This document shows, in pieces, positions 46,644 to 54,876 of a stretch of 64,000 nt of DNA (positions within the stretch are counted from its first letter, which is position 1; each line of letters opens with the position of its first letter). The notes under the pieces are model-generated. The model worked only from the letters and a program-made list of their open reading frames with translations, was not told where the DNA came from and ran no database searches. Source of the stretch: Candidatus Micrarchaeota archaeon. Its GTDB lineage: Archaea; B1Sed10-29; B47-G15. The stretch covers positions 12,595 to 76,594 of the forward strand of contig QMVG01000004.1 of NCBI GenBank assembly GCA_003660975.1, read 5' to 3'. The position numbers and the translations under genes were made by a program.

Positions 46644-47742
46644 ATTGCAGAACCCAAAGTAATAGGTCAAGGAATGCAACTGACTAAACAAAGTTTCGCT
46701 AAACTAGAAGAACAGGCCAATTGCAGAACCCAAAGTAATAGGTCAAGGAATGCAACTCAATATCAGACGCTTTATTCACTCTAGGAGCTACCCTTATTGC
46801 AGAACCCAAAGTAATAGGTCAAGGAATGCAACATTATATTTATTGTTATGTTATCATATCTCCCAAACAAAAGTATTGCAGAACCCAAAGTAATAGGTCA
46901 AGGAATGCAACTAGGTGTTGTTAAGCGACACGGTTAGAAGGTAATCTTGATTATTGCAGAACCCAAAGTAATAGGTCAAGGAATGCAACTCGGCCTTTTT
47001 CCAGCCAAGGGCTTTTACTATTGCCCTATTGCAGAACCCAAAGTAATAGGTCAAGGAATGCAACCAAGCGAAAAGTATTTATATAACATAGGTTTGTTTC
47101 ATTGCAGAACCCAAAGTAATAGGTCAAGGAATGCAACTATTCTTCCAAATTCAACACCTCCAAAATATTTATAATTGCAGAACCCAAAGTAATAGGTCAA
47201 GGAATGCAACTTGACAGCCAAGCTAGAAAGTTGTTAAACAGCTTTAATTGCAGAACCCAAAGTAATAGGTCAAGGAATGCAACTATGTTAAAATCGCTAT
47301 CGGGCGTGGAAGGGGGTAGCGAATTGCAGAACCCAAAGTAATAGGTCAAGGAATGCAACCATAGTATCCCTGCGTTTGCTCTGCAACCGCAGGTTGTCTA
47401 TTGCAGAACCCAAAGTAATAGGTCAAGGAATGCAACTCTGGATATCTGGTCCCTCCACGAAACCATCACCATCATTGCAGAACCCAAAGTAATAGGTCAA
47501 GGAATGCAACCACCTTTTGGTATAGCCCAGAAGCATCAAAAACATGTGAAAAATTGCAGAACCCAAAGTAATAGGTCAAGGAATGCAACTCTTTTTAGCT
47601 TTTCTCGGCAGTTTATACCACATATCCTTATTGCAGAACCCAAAGTAATAGGTCAAGGAATGCAACGGTAATGTCAGCCCATCTGACGCAACGGCATTTG
47701 AGACAATTGCAGAACCCAAAGTAATAGGTCAAGGAATGCATG
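46644..47742 (+). CRISPR. CRISPR array: 15 x 37-bp repeats, 14 spacers
   Basis: The repeat is ATTGCAGAACCCAAAGTAATAGGTCAAGGAATGCAAC. Copies start at 46644, 46720, 46796, 46875, 46953, 47028, 47101, 47174, 47247, 47323, 47400, 47474, 47553, 47630 and 47706. The first 14 are identical by eye; the last diverges in its final 2 nt (..GCATG). Spacer lengths are 39,39,42,41,38,36,36,36,39,40,37,42,40,39 and all spacers are different. Confidence 0.97.
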
Positions 47743-47784
47743 AGAACCACATAATTTTTAAATTGCAGGTACTTATCATTTTTT

Positions 47785-48774
47785 ATGATTTTAGTGATAA
47801 ACGATTTTTCAACATTCCTGGGGAAGAAAGGGGACCGTTTTGTAATTAAAAAGGAAAATAAGCGTGAAGAATTTTCTACAAATAACGTTGAACAAATCAT
47901 AATTGCTGCAGTCTCATCTATCTCCTATGGAGCTATTCGATTGGCAATTAAACACTCTATTGATGTGGTTTTTTTAAGCAGAGGAGGTACTCCTTTAGGC
48001 AGGATATACCCCTGTAAACTCGGTGGAACAACCTTAACGAGAAAAAAACAATTAGAGGCTTATTATTCAACAGTTGGTACAAACATCGTAAAAAATCTCG
48101 TTAAAGCAAAGATTATGAACCAAGCCTATTTTTTGAAGTCTTTAGAAAAAACAAGAAAAGATATTAATTTCACTTCTGAAATTAACAGCATTGTTAATAT
48201 TGCTAAAAAGATTCCAGGTCTCACAGGTCTAATAGATGATATACGGGGAACTTTATTGGGATATGAAGGCATTGCAGCCAACAAATATTTTAGTTCCTTG
48301 TCTAACATACTACCATTTAAAGGAAGGGACAGAACAAGTAATGATTACGTAAATATTGTATTGAATTATGGATATGGTGTTCTGTACACGGAAGCAGAGA
48401 AAGCGTGTATTCTAGCAGGTCTTGATCCATATTTCGGTTTTTTGCACAAAGATAGGTACAACAAACCTTCAATGGTATTGGACCTTGTGGAAATATTTAG
48501 ACCAATCATAGTGGACAGGGCAGTTGTTACTTTGTTTTCCCAAAAACAGATAAATTCGAAGTGTTTTGAGAAAGAAACATATGGGGATGTTTTTTTAAGT
48601 AAAGAGGGTAGGGAAAAAATCTTATCTGCTCTTCTATCTCGCCTCAATCAGCAGATACGCTTTAAAGGTAAGAAAACAAGCTTTAAAAACATCATATTAG
48701 GAGAAAGCCGTTCTATAGCTCAATATGTTCTTGGTAATATACCAGAATATGAGCCGTTTGTTTATAGGTGGTAA
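47785..48774 (+). CDS. cas1: CRISPR-associated integrase Cas1
   Basis: NIVLNYGYGVLYTEAEKACILAGLDPYFGFLHKDRYNKPSMVLDLVEIFRPIIVDR is the Cas1 C-terminal catalytic domain pattern (E...H...D/E). Starts 42 nt after the last repeat. Confidence 0.95.
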   Translation: MILVINDFSTFLGKKGDRFVIKKENKREEFSTNNVEQIIIAAVSSISYGAIRLAIKHSIDVVFLSRGGTPLGRIYPCKLGGTTLTRKKQLEAYYSTVGTNIVKNLVKAKIMNQAYFLKSLEKTRKDINFTSEINSIVNIAKKIPGLTGLIDDIRGTLLGYEGIAANKYFSSLSNILPFKGRDRTSNDYVNIVLNYGYGVLYTEAEKACILAGLDPYFGFLHKDRYNKPSMVLDLVEIFRPIIVDRAVVTLFSQKQINSKCFEKETYGDVFLSKEGREKILSALLSRLNQQIRFKGKKTSFKNIILGESRSIAQYVLGNIPEYEPFVYRW

Positions 48775-48776
48775 TT

Positions 48777-49061
48777 ATGATATATTGGGTGATTTATGAC
48801 ATCACAGACAATAAAGTTAGAAGCAAGGTTGCCGAGGAGTGCAAGAACTTGGGGTTACATCGAGTCCAAAAAAGTTCTTTTATTGGCATTCTCTCTAGAA
48901 ATACAGCCGAGATGTTATATATTAAAATAGGGGATTTAATTGATAAAAGAGATTGTGTGTTCTTTATTCCACAATGTAACAAATGTTTTGCAGACAAACT
49001 TATTCTTGGCGATTTTGATGAAAGGACTGTAGAAGCAAAAGATTTCATCGTGGTGCAATGA
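48777..49061 (+). CDS. cas2: CRISPR-associated protein Cas2
   Basis: MIYWVIYDITDNKVRSKVAEECKNLGLHRVQKSSF is the Cas2 N-terminal beta-strand with the conserved Asp (YDI). The ATG is 2 nt after the cas1 stop (the ORF-track GTG at 48768 overlaps cas1). Confidence 0.85.
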   Translation: MIYWVIYDITDNKVRSKVAEECKNLGLHRVQKSSFIGILSRNTAEMLYIKIGDLIDKRDCVFFIPQCNKCFADKLILGDFDERTVEAKDFIVVQ

Positions 49062-49651
49062 CAACGATGGATGGTTATTTAACTGCTAAGGATTTAATGA
49101 ACTTTCATTATTGTAAAAGATTAATATATTTTGAGAATGTATTGAAAATTAAACAAGCTACAACCACCAAAGAACTAAAAGGTCGCGCATTACACAACAG
49201 TTTTTCTGTATCATCAAAGAGAACCAAGATAATAAAGGAGTTTCCATATTGGCCTAAGATATATAATCTTAGATTAAAATCAGATTTTTTGCACCTTATA
49301 ACTACATTAGACTGCTTGATTATAAACCAAACAGATAATGAGGCATTTCCGCTGGAATACAAATATTCCAAAAAACCACGCAAGATTTATAAAACCATGA
49401 AATTGCAACTGTCTCTTCAAGCCCTTCTCGTAAATGAACTTTTACATTATAGTGTGAAGTTTGGTTTCATAAAGTTTTCCAAAGACAATTCTTTGGCCAA
49501 AGTAAGCATAACAGATAGAGATTTAGAAGAAGTGAGAACGACTATATCTGAGGTTAATACAATAGTAGAGAAGGAGATTTTACCTCCACCCACCGAATAT
49601 AAAAAAAGATGTATTGACTGTTGCTATTTCAATATATGCAAAGGAATCTAA
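49058..49651 (+). CDS. cas4: CRISPR-associated exonuclease Cas4
   Basis: N-terminal Cys (FHYCKRLIYF), RecB-type D...ExK (LDCLI...PLEYKYSK), a QxxxL/Y helix (KLQLSLQALLV) and a C-terminal Fe-S Cys cluster CIDCCYFNIC. ATGA overlap with the cas2 stop. Confidence 0.85.
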   Translation: MTTMDGYLTAKDLMNFHYCKRLIYFENVLKIKQATTTKELKGRALHNSFSVSSKRTKIIKEFPYWPKIYNLRLKSDFLHLITTLDCLIINQTDNEAFPLEYKYSKKPRKIYKTMKLQLSLQALLVNELLHYSVKFGFIKFSKDNSLAKVSITDRDLEEVRTTISEVNTIVEKEILPPPTEYKKRCIDCCYFNICKGI

Positions 49652-49659
49652 ACACCCTC

Positions 49660-51414
49660 TCACTTCACAGTCACACTCTTGGCCAGGTTTCTGGGCCTGT
49701 CGGGGTCTAGGCCTTTGAGGACGGCCAGTTGGTAGGCCAGTATCTGGATTGGGATGATTTGGAGGATTGGGCCGAGCTCCTCGCTTTCAGGCGTTTTTAT
49801 CCAGTAGTCAAAAATATCGTAATTTTTGTGAGAGACTCCGATGACATAGGCCCCTCTTGTTTTTACCTCATTTGCGTTTGCTATGATGTCTTTGTCATCC
49901 TTGGAAACAAAGACAATAACAGGGCTTCCTTTTTTTATCAGAGCCAGGGGGCCATGCTTTAGCTCTCCTCCTGCAAAGGCCTCTGCGTGTATGTATGACA
50001 CCTCCTTGATCTTTAGGGCAGCCTCCAGTGCTGTTGGATACTGCAGGGACCTTCCTAGCACGTATATGTGTTCCTCATTTAAGAGGCGTTTGGCTAATGC
50101 CCTGAGCCTGTCTCTCATGTTCCTAGACGTCAGGTTGTATATATCCATGTAAAGCTTTTTCAATTTTGCCATGCCCTCATCGTATCTTCCAGCGATTGTG
50201 TAGGCCAGCATTGCCATTAATGCCACCTGCGACGTGTATGTCTTGGTTGAGAGCACTGACAGTTCTGGCCCTGCGTTCATGAGAAGAGATTCGTGGCTCT
50301 CTCTTGTCAGAGATGAAGCAGCCCTGTTTACTATGCTTATAATCTTACTCTGCTTTTCCTTAGCTGCTCTGACTGCCTCCAAAACATCAGCTGTTTCGCC
50401 TGACTGTGAGATAGCGATTATCATGCTTTCTTTCTTCAGGAAGTGCTTGTAATTCTTGAACTCAGAAGCCAAGACAGGGTTAACGTGCATTTTAGCTACT
50501 TTTGAAAATAAGTAACTGCCTGTCAAGCATGCGTGGTAGCTTGAGCCGCAGCCTATCAAGAAAACACCTCTAGCCTCTTTGAGCTGTTTTGCTATCCTCT
50601 CAACAAGCTCTCTTTTTTGCTGTATGGCTCTTCTTATTGTGTCGCTCTGCTCAACAATCTCCTTTAACATGTAGTGCTCAAAGCCATCCTTTTTTATCTG
50701 CTCAGCTTTCCACTCAACGCTGTCTATTGGCCTTGAAACAAAGCCGTCCTTGAGATTGTATATCTTTATCTCTTTTCCTGCCTCAACCACATCGTAGTCA
50801 TGTAGGTAAATCACCTTTTTGGTCCAGTCAATAAATGAAGGTATGTCTGATGAAAAGAAAAAGGCATCACTAGAAACCCCAACTACTAAAGGAGAGCCTT
50901 TCCTAGCTGCCATGACCTTATTGCTCTTAGCCTCTATTGCTAACACAGCATAGCTTCCTTTGAGCTTTGATATTGCCTTTATGAAAGCTTTATCAAAAGG
51001 CAAATCTTTCATTTCCTCTTCAATTAAGTGAGCTATGACCTCTGAATCTGTTTCTGATTTGAAGCTATGGCCTTTCAGTTCCTTTTTAAGCTCTTCAAAG
51101 TTTTCTATTATGCCATTGTGCACCACTGCTATATTGCCAGAGCAGTCAAGGTGGGGGTGGGCGTTTACATCGTTTACCTTTCCGTGAGTGGCCCACCTGT
51201 TATGAGCTATGCCTATGTTGCCTTCAATGCTTGGGAAATCTACCTTTTTATTTATCTCTTCAACCTTGCCAGCCCCTTTCTTGCAGATTATCCTCCCGCT
51301 GTCAATTACAGCCATGCCTGCAGAGTCATAGCCCCTGTACTCAAGGCTCTTTAATCCCTTTAGAAGAATGCCTGACGCACGCTCTGGTCCAATATATCCT
51401 ATTATGCCGCACAT
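49660..51414 (-). CDS. glmS: glutamine--fructose-6-phosphate aminotransferase
   Basis: MCGIIGY N-terminal Cys nucleophile (start set at the third Met codon), two SIS domains, and C-terminal PRNLAKSVTVK. Confidence 0.95.
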   Translation of the reverse strand: MCGIIGYIGPERASGILLKGLKSLEYRGYDSAGMAVIDSGRIICKKGAGKVEEINKKVDFPSIEGNIGIAHNRWATHGKVNDVNAHPHLDCSGNIAVVHNGIIENFEELKKELKGHSFKSETDSEVIAHLIEEEMKDLPFDKAFIKAISKLKGSYAVLAIEAKSNKVMAARKGSPLVVGVSSDAFFFSSDIPSFIDWTKKVIYLHDYDVVEAGKEIKIYNLKDGFVSRPIDSVEWKAEQIKKDGFEHYMLKEIVEQSDTIRRAIQQKRELVERIAKQLKEARGVFLIGCGSSYHACLTGSYLFSKVAKMHVNPVLASEFKNYKHFLKKESMIIAISQSGETADVLEAVRAAKEKQSKIISIVNRAASSLTRESHESLLMNAGPELSVLSTKTYTSQVALMAMLAYTIAGRYDEGMAKLKKLYMDIYNLTSRNMRDRLRALAKRLLNEEHIYVLGRSLQYPTALEAALKIKEVSYIHAEAFAGGELKHGPLALIKKGSPVIVFVSKDDKDIIANANEVKTRGAYVIGVSHKNYDIFDYWIKTPESEELGPILQIIPIQILAYQLAVLKGLDPDRPRNLAKSVTVK

Positions 51415-51435
51415 AAGCAAAACTTCCGAAATCCT

Positions 51436-51789
51436 TTATTTTGTTATGATAGAGTCAGACGTAGATAGGGGAGGAGCTGCTATTATCAGAACCTTCATCC
51501 TGCCAACAGCCTTATGCCTTACCCTTGGCGGGATAACAACTAGATCAGAAGCTTCTACATCTATTTTATTGCCGTCTAAGTATACAGATCCTTTCCCCTC
51601 TAATATGTAATAATATTCTTTAGAGTTGTTGTGGTAATGCTCCTCTGCCTCTTCAATATCAACAATGTCAATGCTTATTCTCTCATCATCCAAAACATCG
51701 CGCACTTTACCGCAATGGCCTTCTCTCTGTCTAATTTTTTCTGTTTTTATCAAAAAGTTTTTCATTACAGCACCAATTATATTTAGCAA
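51436..51789 (-). CDS. cupin-domain protein
   Basis: HYHNNSKEYYYILEGKG...VVIPPRVRHK matches the cupin motifs. Confidence 0.7.
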   Translation of the reverse strand: MLNIIGAVMKNFLIKTEKIRQREGHCGKVRDVLDDERISIDIVDIEEAEEHYHNNSKEYYYILEGKGSVYLDGNKIDVEASDLVVIPPRVRHKAVGRMKVLIIAAPPLSTSDSIITK

Positions 51790-51818
51790 TCTTTTTATTT
51801 AACCCTTGTGTAAAGATA

Positions 51819-52907
51819 ATGGTTTGCATGGAAAAGGTTTCTATTATACAAGTTGGTTTCGGAAATGCTGCCAGGATTCACAGGGAAGCCTTCAAGAGAC
51901 AGGGCATTCCAGTGGAAAATATAATTGTCATCGAAAAAGACCCAGCAAAGATTATAGAAGCCAAGAAGCAGGGCTTTAGAGTGTTTAAAAGCCTTAATGA
52001 GCTCAACCCAAGGCTTCTTAAGAAAAGCATACTGGATATTTGTGTCCCCACCGCTGAGCATTACAGCGTTCTGAAAGAAGCTGTTAAATTGGGAGCAAAG
52101 AAGATTCTAGTAGAAAAACCTATGGTGTCCCCAGAAGACGTAAATAAGGTTAGAAAATTATTAAGGGAGTTTGATGGTCGTATTGTTGTAAATGAAAACT
52201 ACAAATCATCTGTTGTTACAAAAGAAATAAAAAAACAGCTCAGGGGAAAGCTACCCGAGATTGTTGTTACCGAATTTTCTAAAAACAGAAGGCCTGATAT
52301 AGAGCGCGGGCGTTTTATAGATAAAAAGTTGGGAGCAGCGGGTTATGAAGGGCCACACCAGGTCGTTGTTGCTTCTGAGCTTGCTGGCGCACCTATTGAA
52401 ATTAAAGAGGTTAAATTTGAAGACATGCGATTGTCAGATGGCACTATATTACCTATGCAGGCCAGCGTTGAAATAGAGTACAGGAGCAAAAGAACGGACA
52501 ATACAAAGCTTCTGTCCTCCATGGTGGGCGAGATTAAGCACCCCACAAAACCATTTAAAGTGATGACTGCCTTAAACGATGTTAAAGACCCAAGACATAG
52601 ATACAGGATTTTACATGTCAAAGCTGACAAAGGTATAGAGGTGATAGGCATATACGAGCCAATACCTGGGCAACCAAGGAGCAGGGCAAGCGTGTGGAAA
52701 TTTGTTAAAGGGATTGCGGAGATCAGAGACAGGAGGCTGATAGATGACTCAATGGGGGCCCACCTGCGGGAGTCTATTAAATTCCTGGCAGGGGAGAAGA
52801 AGAGAAACCCATATAACCCTGAGAAGGCGCTAAAAAATGTAGAGCTGCTTTACAGTGCTGTTAAGAAGGCACGTGAGTCAAGGCAGAGAGTCAGAAGGCG
52901 CAGGTAA
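51819..52907 (+). CDS. Gfo/Idh/MocA-like NAD(P)-dependent oxidoreductase
   Basis: N-terminal Rossmann segment VSIIQVGFGNAARIH. About 360 aa. Confidence 0.65.
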   Translation: MVCMEKVSIIQVGFGNAARIHREAFKRQGIPVENIIVIEKDPAKIIEAKKQGFRVFKSLNELNPRLLKKSILDICVPTAEHYSVLKEAVKLGAKKILVEKPMVSPEDVNKVRKLLREFDGRIVVNENYKSSVVTKEIKKQLRGKLPEIVVTEFSKNRRPDIERGRFIDKKLGAAGYEGPHQVVVASELAGAPIEIKEVKFEDMRLSDGTILPMQASVEIEYRSKRTDNTKLLSSMVGEIKHPTKPFKVMTALNDVKDPRHRYRILHVKADKGIEVIGIYEPIPGQPRSRASVWKFVKGIAEIRDRRLIDDSMGAHLRESIKFLAGEKKRNPYNPEKALKNVELLYSAVKKARESRQRVRRRR

Positions 52908-53204
52908 TCTTTTACATTACTTTTTATAAAGTGCATGCTATGATGACAGCCAGACCAGTTGCTTGACTCCTGAGACATTAAAAACAATATAAAAACAATA
53001 AAATGAAAGTGTATGGCGACAGTGAGAAATATGGGGGTGGCCAAGCACCACTGGTGAGACACGTGGATGAGACGAGGCAAGGAGATACCTTAGAAAACAT
53101 ATTTTATGATATGGTATCTGGGAGTTGAACCCATAGTTAATAGAAGCAACAGTTAATAGAAGCAACATAGGGTACATTGTGCTGACAGCATAAGCAGGAA
53201 ATAA

Positions 53205-53828
53205 CTATTCCTTAACTGCGAAGACGTTTATCCAGGTGTGTTTCTTGTTTTTCTCCTTTTCGACTATGAGCTTTAAAATTCTGAAATCACAAGCTTCAAG
53301 CAATTTTTTGATTTCATCTTTAGTGTAGAATGCGAAGAACCTTGCCTTTCCTTTGTATGCCTTTTTTTCAACCATCTTTTCGCCAGAGCCTTCCATAACA
53401 GATAGGTAAAGTAGCCCAGAAGGTTTCAGTACTTTTCTGAAACCCCACAAAGTTCTTTTCGCATCTTCTTTTGGGATGTGCAAAAAAGAGGCAGAGGCCC
53501 AAATGCCATCAAAAAAATTTTCCGGAAAATTGAGAGCCCTAATGTCCATTTGCACAAACCTGGCATTTGGCACATTTTGGGAGGCCACCTTTATGAAATT
53601 AGAGGCCAAGTCAATGCCGATTACTTCCAGGCCCTTATCTGTAAAATATCTTGCGTCCCTTCCTGGCCCACAGCCAGCATCTAAAACTCTCTTGCCCTTT
53701 AAATTCCGAACAAAGAAATCCGCAAAATTCTCTATTTTCTCAAGGTCATCAAAATGCCTTTTGCGATACTCTTCTGCAAATTCCTCATAGGTTTTTATTG
53801 TTTTTGTAACCACGTCGTCTGTGTTCAC
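53205..53828 (-). CDS. class I SAM-dependent methyltransferase
   Basis: Motif I VLDAGCGPGRDARYF and motif post-I EVIGIDLA. Confidence 0.85.
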   Translation of the reverse strand: MNTDDVVTKTIKTYEEFAEEYRKRHFDDLEKIENFADFFVRNLKGKRVLDAGCGPGRDARYFTDKGLEVIGIDLASNFIKVASQNVPNARFVQMDIRALNFPENFFDGIWASASFLHIPKEDAKRTLWGFRKVLKPSGLLYLSVMEGSGEKMVEKKAYKGKARFFAFYTKDEIKKLLEACDFRILKLIVEKEKNKKHTWINVFAVKE

Positions 53829-53898
53829 GGACCTCCACCCTTCAGAGCGTTAATATTGTCTGTAATTCTATTTATATAAAAAAAGCTTTATTTTGCTT

Positions 53899-54876
53899 AT
53901 GAAGGTGGAGATACTTTCCATTGTTCTTATTACAATCCTGTTTTCTGCTTGCATCAGTAACCGCGAGCCATACAGAGAGACAGCCATGGAGCATAAGGCC
54001 CCTGAGCTTCAGACAAAGGTTTTCAGGCCGATCTATGATGACAGCCAGGCCTGGTGGCCTGATTTGAACATCACATATCCCATGCTTTTGGAGAATCCCA
54101 GGTGGTACAGGATGCCGATTCCATACCACTTCGTTGTTCCAAATGACAGCAAGTTTATTGACAAGGACATGGAGATAGCAAGGTGGGCCATGAGGAAGTG
54201 GGAGGAAAGCACAGGTGGCCTGATATCATTTGTGGAGAGCAATGACAGCAAAGGACTTTCAATAACCTGGTTTGACGTTCACTCAAAGAATTACGTTATA
54301 ACTGCCACTGGCGAGGGAGGGCCAAGCAGGTATATCAGCATAGGCCCCTATTCTCTGATATTGGAGGGGAAAGCGAGGATAGCCACCCTGAGGTCTTCTT
54401 TAAGCAATGGTTTTGGATACACGAACCACACGGCCTTGCACGAGCTGGGCCATGCCATAGGTCTAGGCCATGCATCCAGCAGCAGGGATGTAATGTTTCC
54501 AAAGTCATATGGTGAGGCACACGAAAGGCAGATGAAAATAAGCGAAGCTTCTGTTAAAAACCTGACAAAAATTTACTCATTTCCAGCAAAAGCAGAGTTG
54601 ATGTTTACTGACTACTCTGCGAAGCAGTACGGCCAGAGCGTTTTCATTGAGGTTGTGATAGGAAACCTCGGCTTGAAGAAGAGCAGTGACTTTGAGCTTG
54701 ATGTCAAGTTTGGAGAATACCGCGAGATTAAGCACATAGCTGCCTTAGGCCCAGGAGAATATCAGAAATACGCCTGGCATGGAACTGTGAACTACAATAT
54801 ATCCAAAATAGAGATGAGGATAAAAAGCGAAGACAAGGAGTACTCAAAGGAAAATAACATACTGCTACTTACTTGA
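53899..54876 (+). CDS. secreted/lipid-anchored metzincin-type zinc protease (matrixin-like)
   Basis: HELGHAIGLGH (HExxHxxGxxH). N-terminal hydrophobic segment ending in FSAC (lipobox-like). ATG at 53899 preferred over TTG at 53893. Confidence 0.75.
   Translation: MKVEILSIVLITILFSACISNREPYRETAMEHKAPELQTKVFRPIYDDSQAWWPDLNITYPMLLENPRWYRMPIPYHFVVPNDSKFIDKDMEIARWAMRKWEESTGGLISFVESNDSKGLSITWFDVHSKNYVITATGEGGPSRYISIGPYSLILEGKARIATLRSSLSNGFGYTNHTALHELGHAIGLGHASSSRDVMFPKSYGEAHERQMKISEASVKNLTKIYSFPAKAELMFTDYSAKQYGQSVFIEVVIGNLGLKKSSDFELDVKFGEYREIKHIAALGPGEYQKYAWHGTVNYNISKIEMRIKSEDKEYSKENNILLLT

Noticed and set aside
47762-47768. A sixteenth, fully decayed CRISPR repeat (ATTGCAG seed 19 nt after the terminal repeat).
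   Set aside because: Only 7 nt match and the spacing is half a normal spacer. It is noted in a finding but not counted in the array.
46419-47900. ORF-track ORFs 46419..46784 (+), 46947..47174 (+) and 47628..47900 (-), which overlap the tracr region and CRISPR array.
   Set aside because: Their reading frames run through the identical 37-bp repeats (recurring AEPKVIGQGMQ / CRTQSNRSRNAT peptides). They are artefacts of translating a CRISPR array and structured RNA.
49640-49700. A right-hand att copy (AATCCCTCCCCCTGCA) marking the end of the CRISPR island.
   Set aside because: No such sequence is visible by eye between cas4 and glmS or in the first kilobases beyond, so the island cannot be called a bounded integrative element.
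52938-52975. C/D box sRNA (ATGATGA at about 52940 and CTGA at about 52970).
   Set aside because: There are 23 nt between the boxes with no internal D'/C' pair and no convincing terminal stem. The motif is too short and common in AT-rich DNA to call.
53030-53136. Intron-containing or split tRNA (TATGGG...CCCATA could pair as an acceptor stem; GTGG-CCAAGCA-CCAC looks like a D arm).
   Set aside because: No anticodon arm or T arm of proper geometry can be placed between these elements on either strand.
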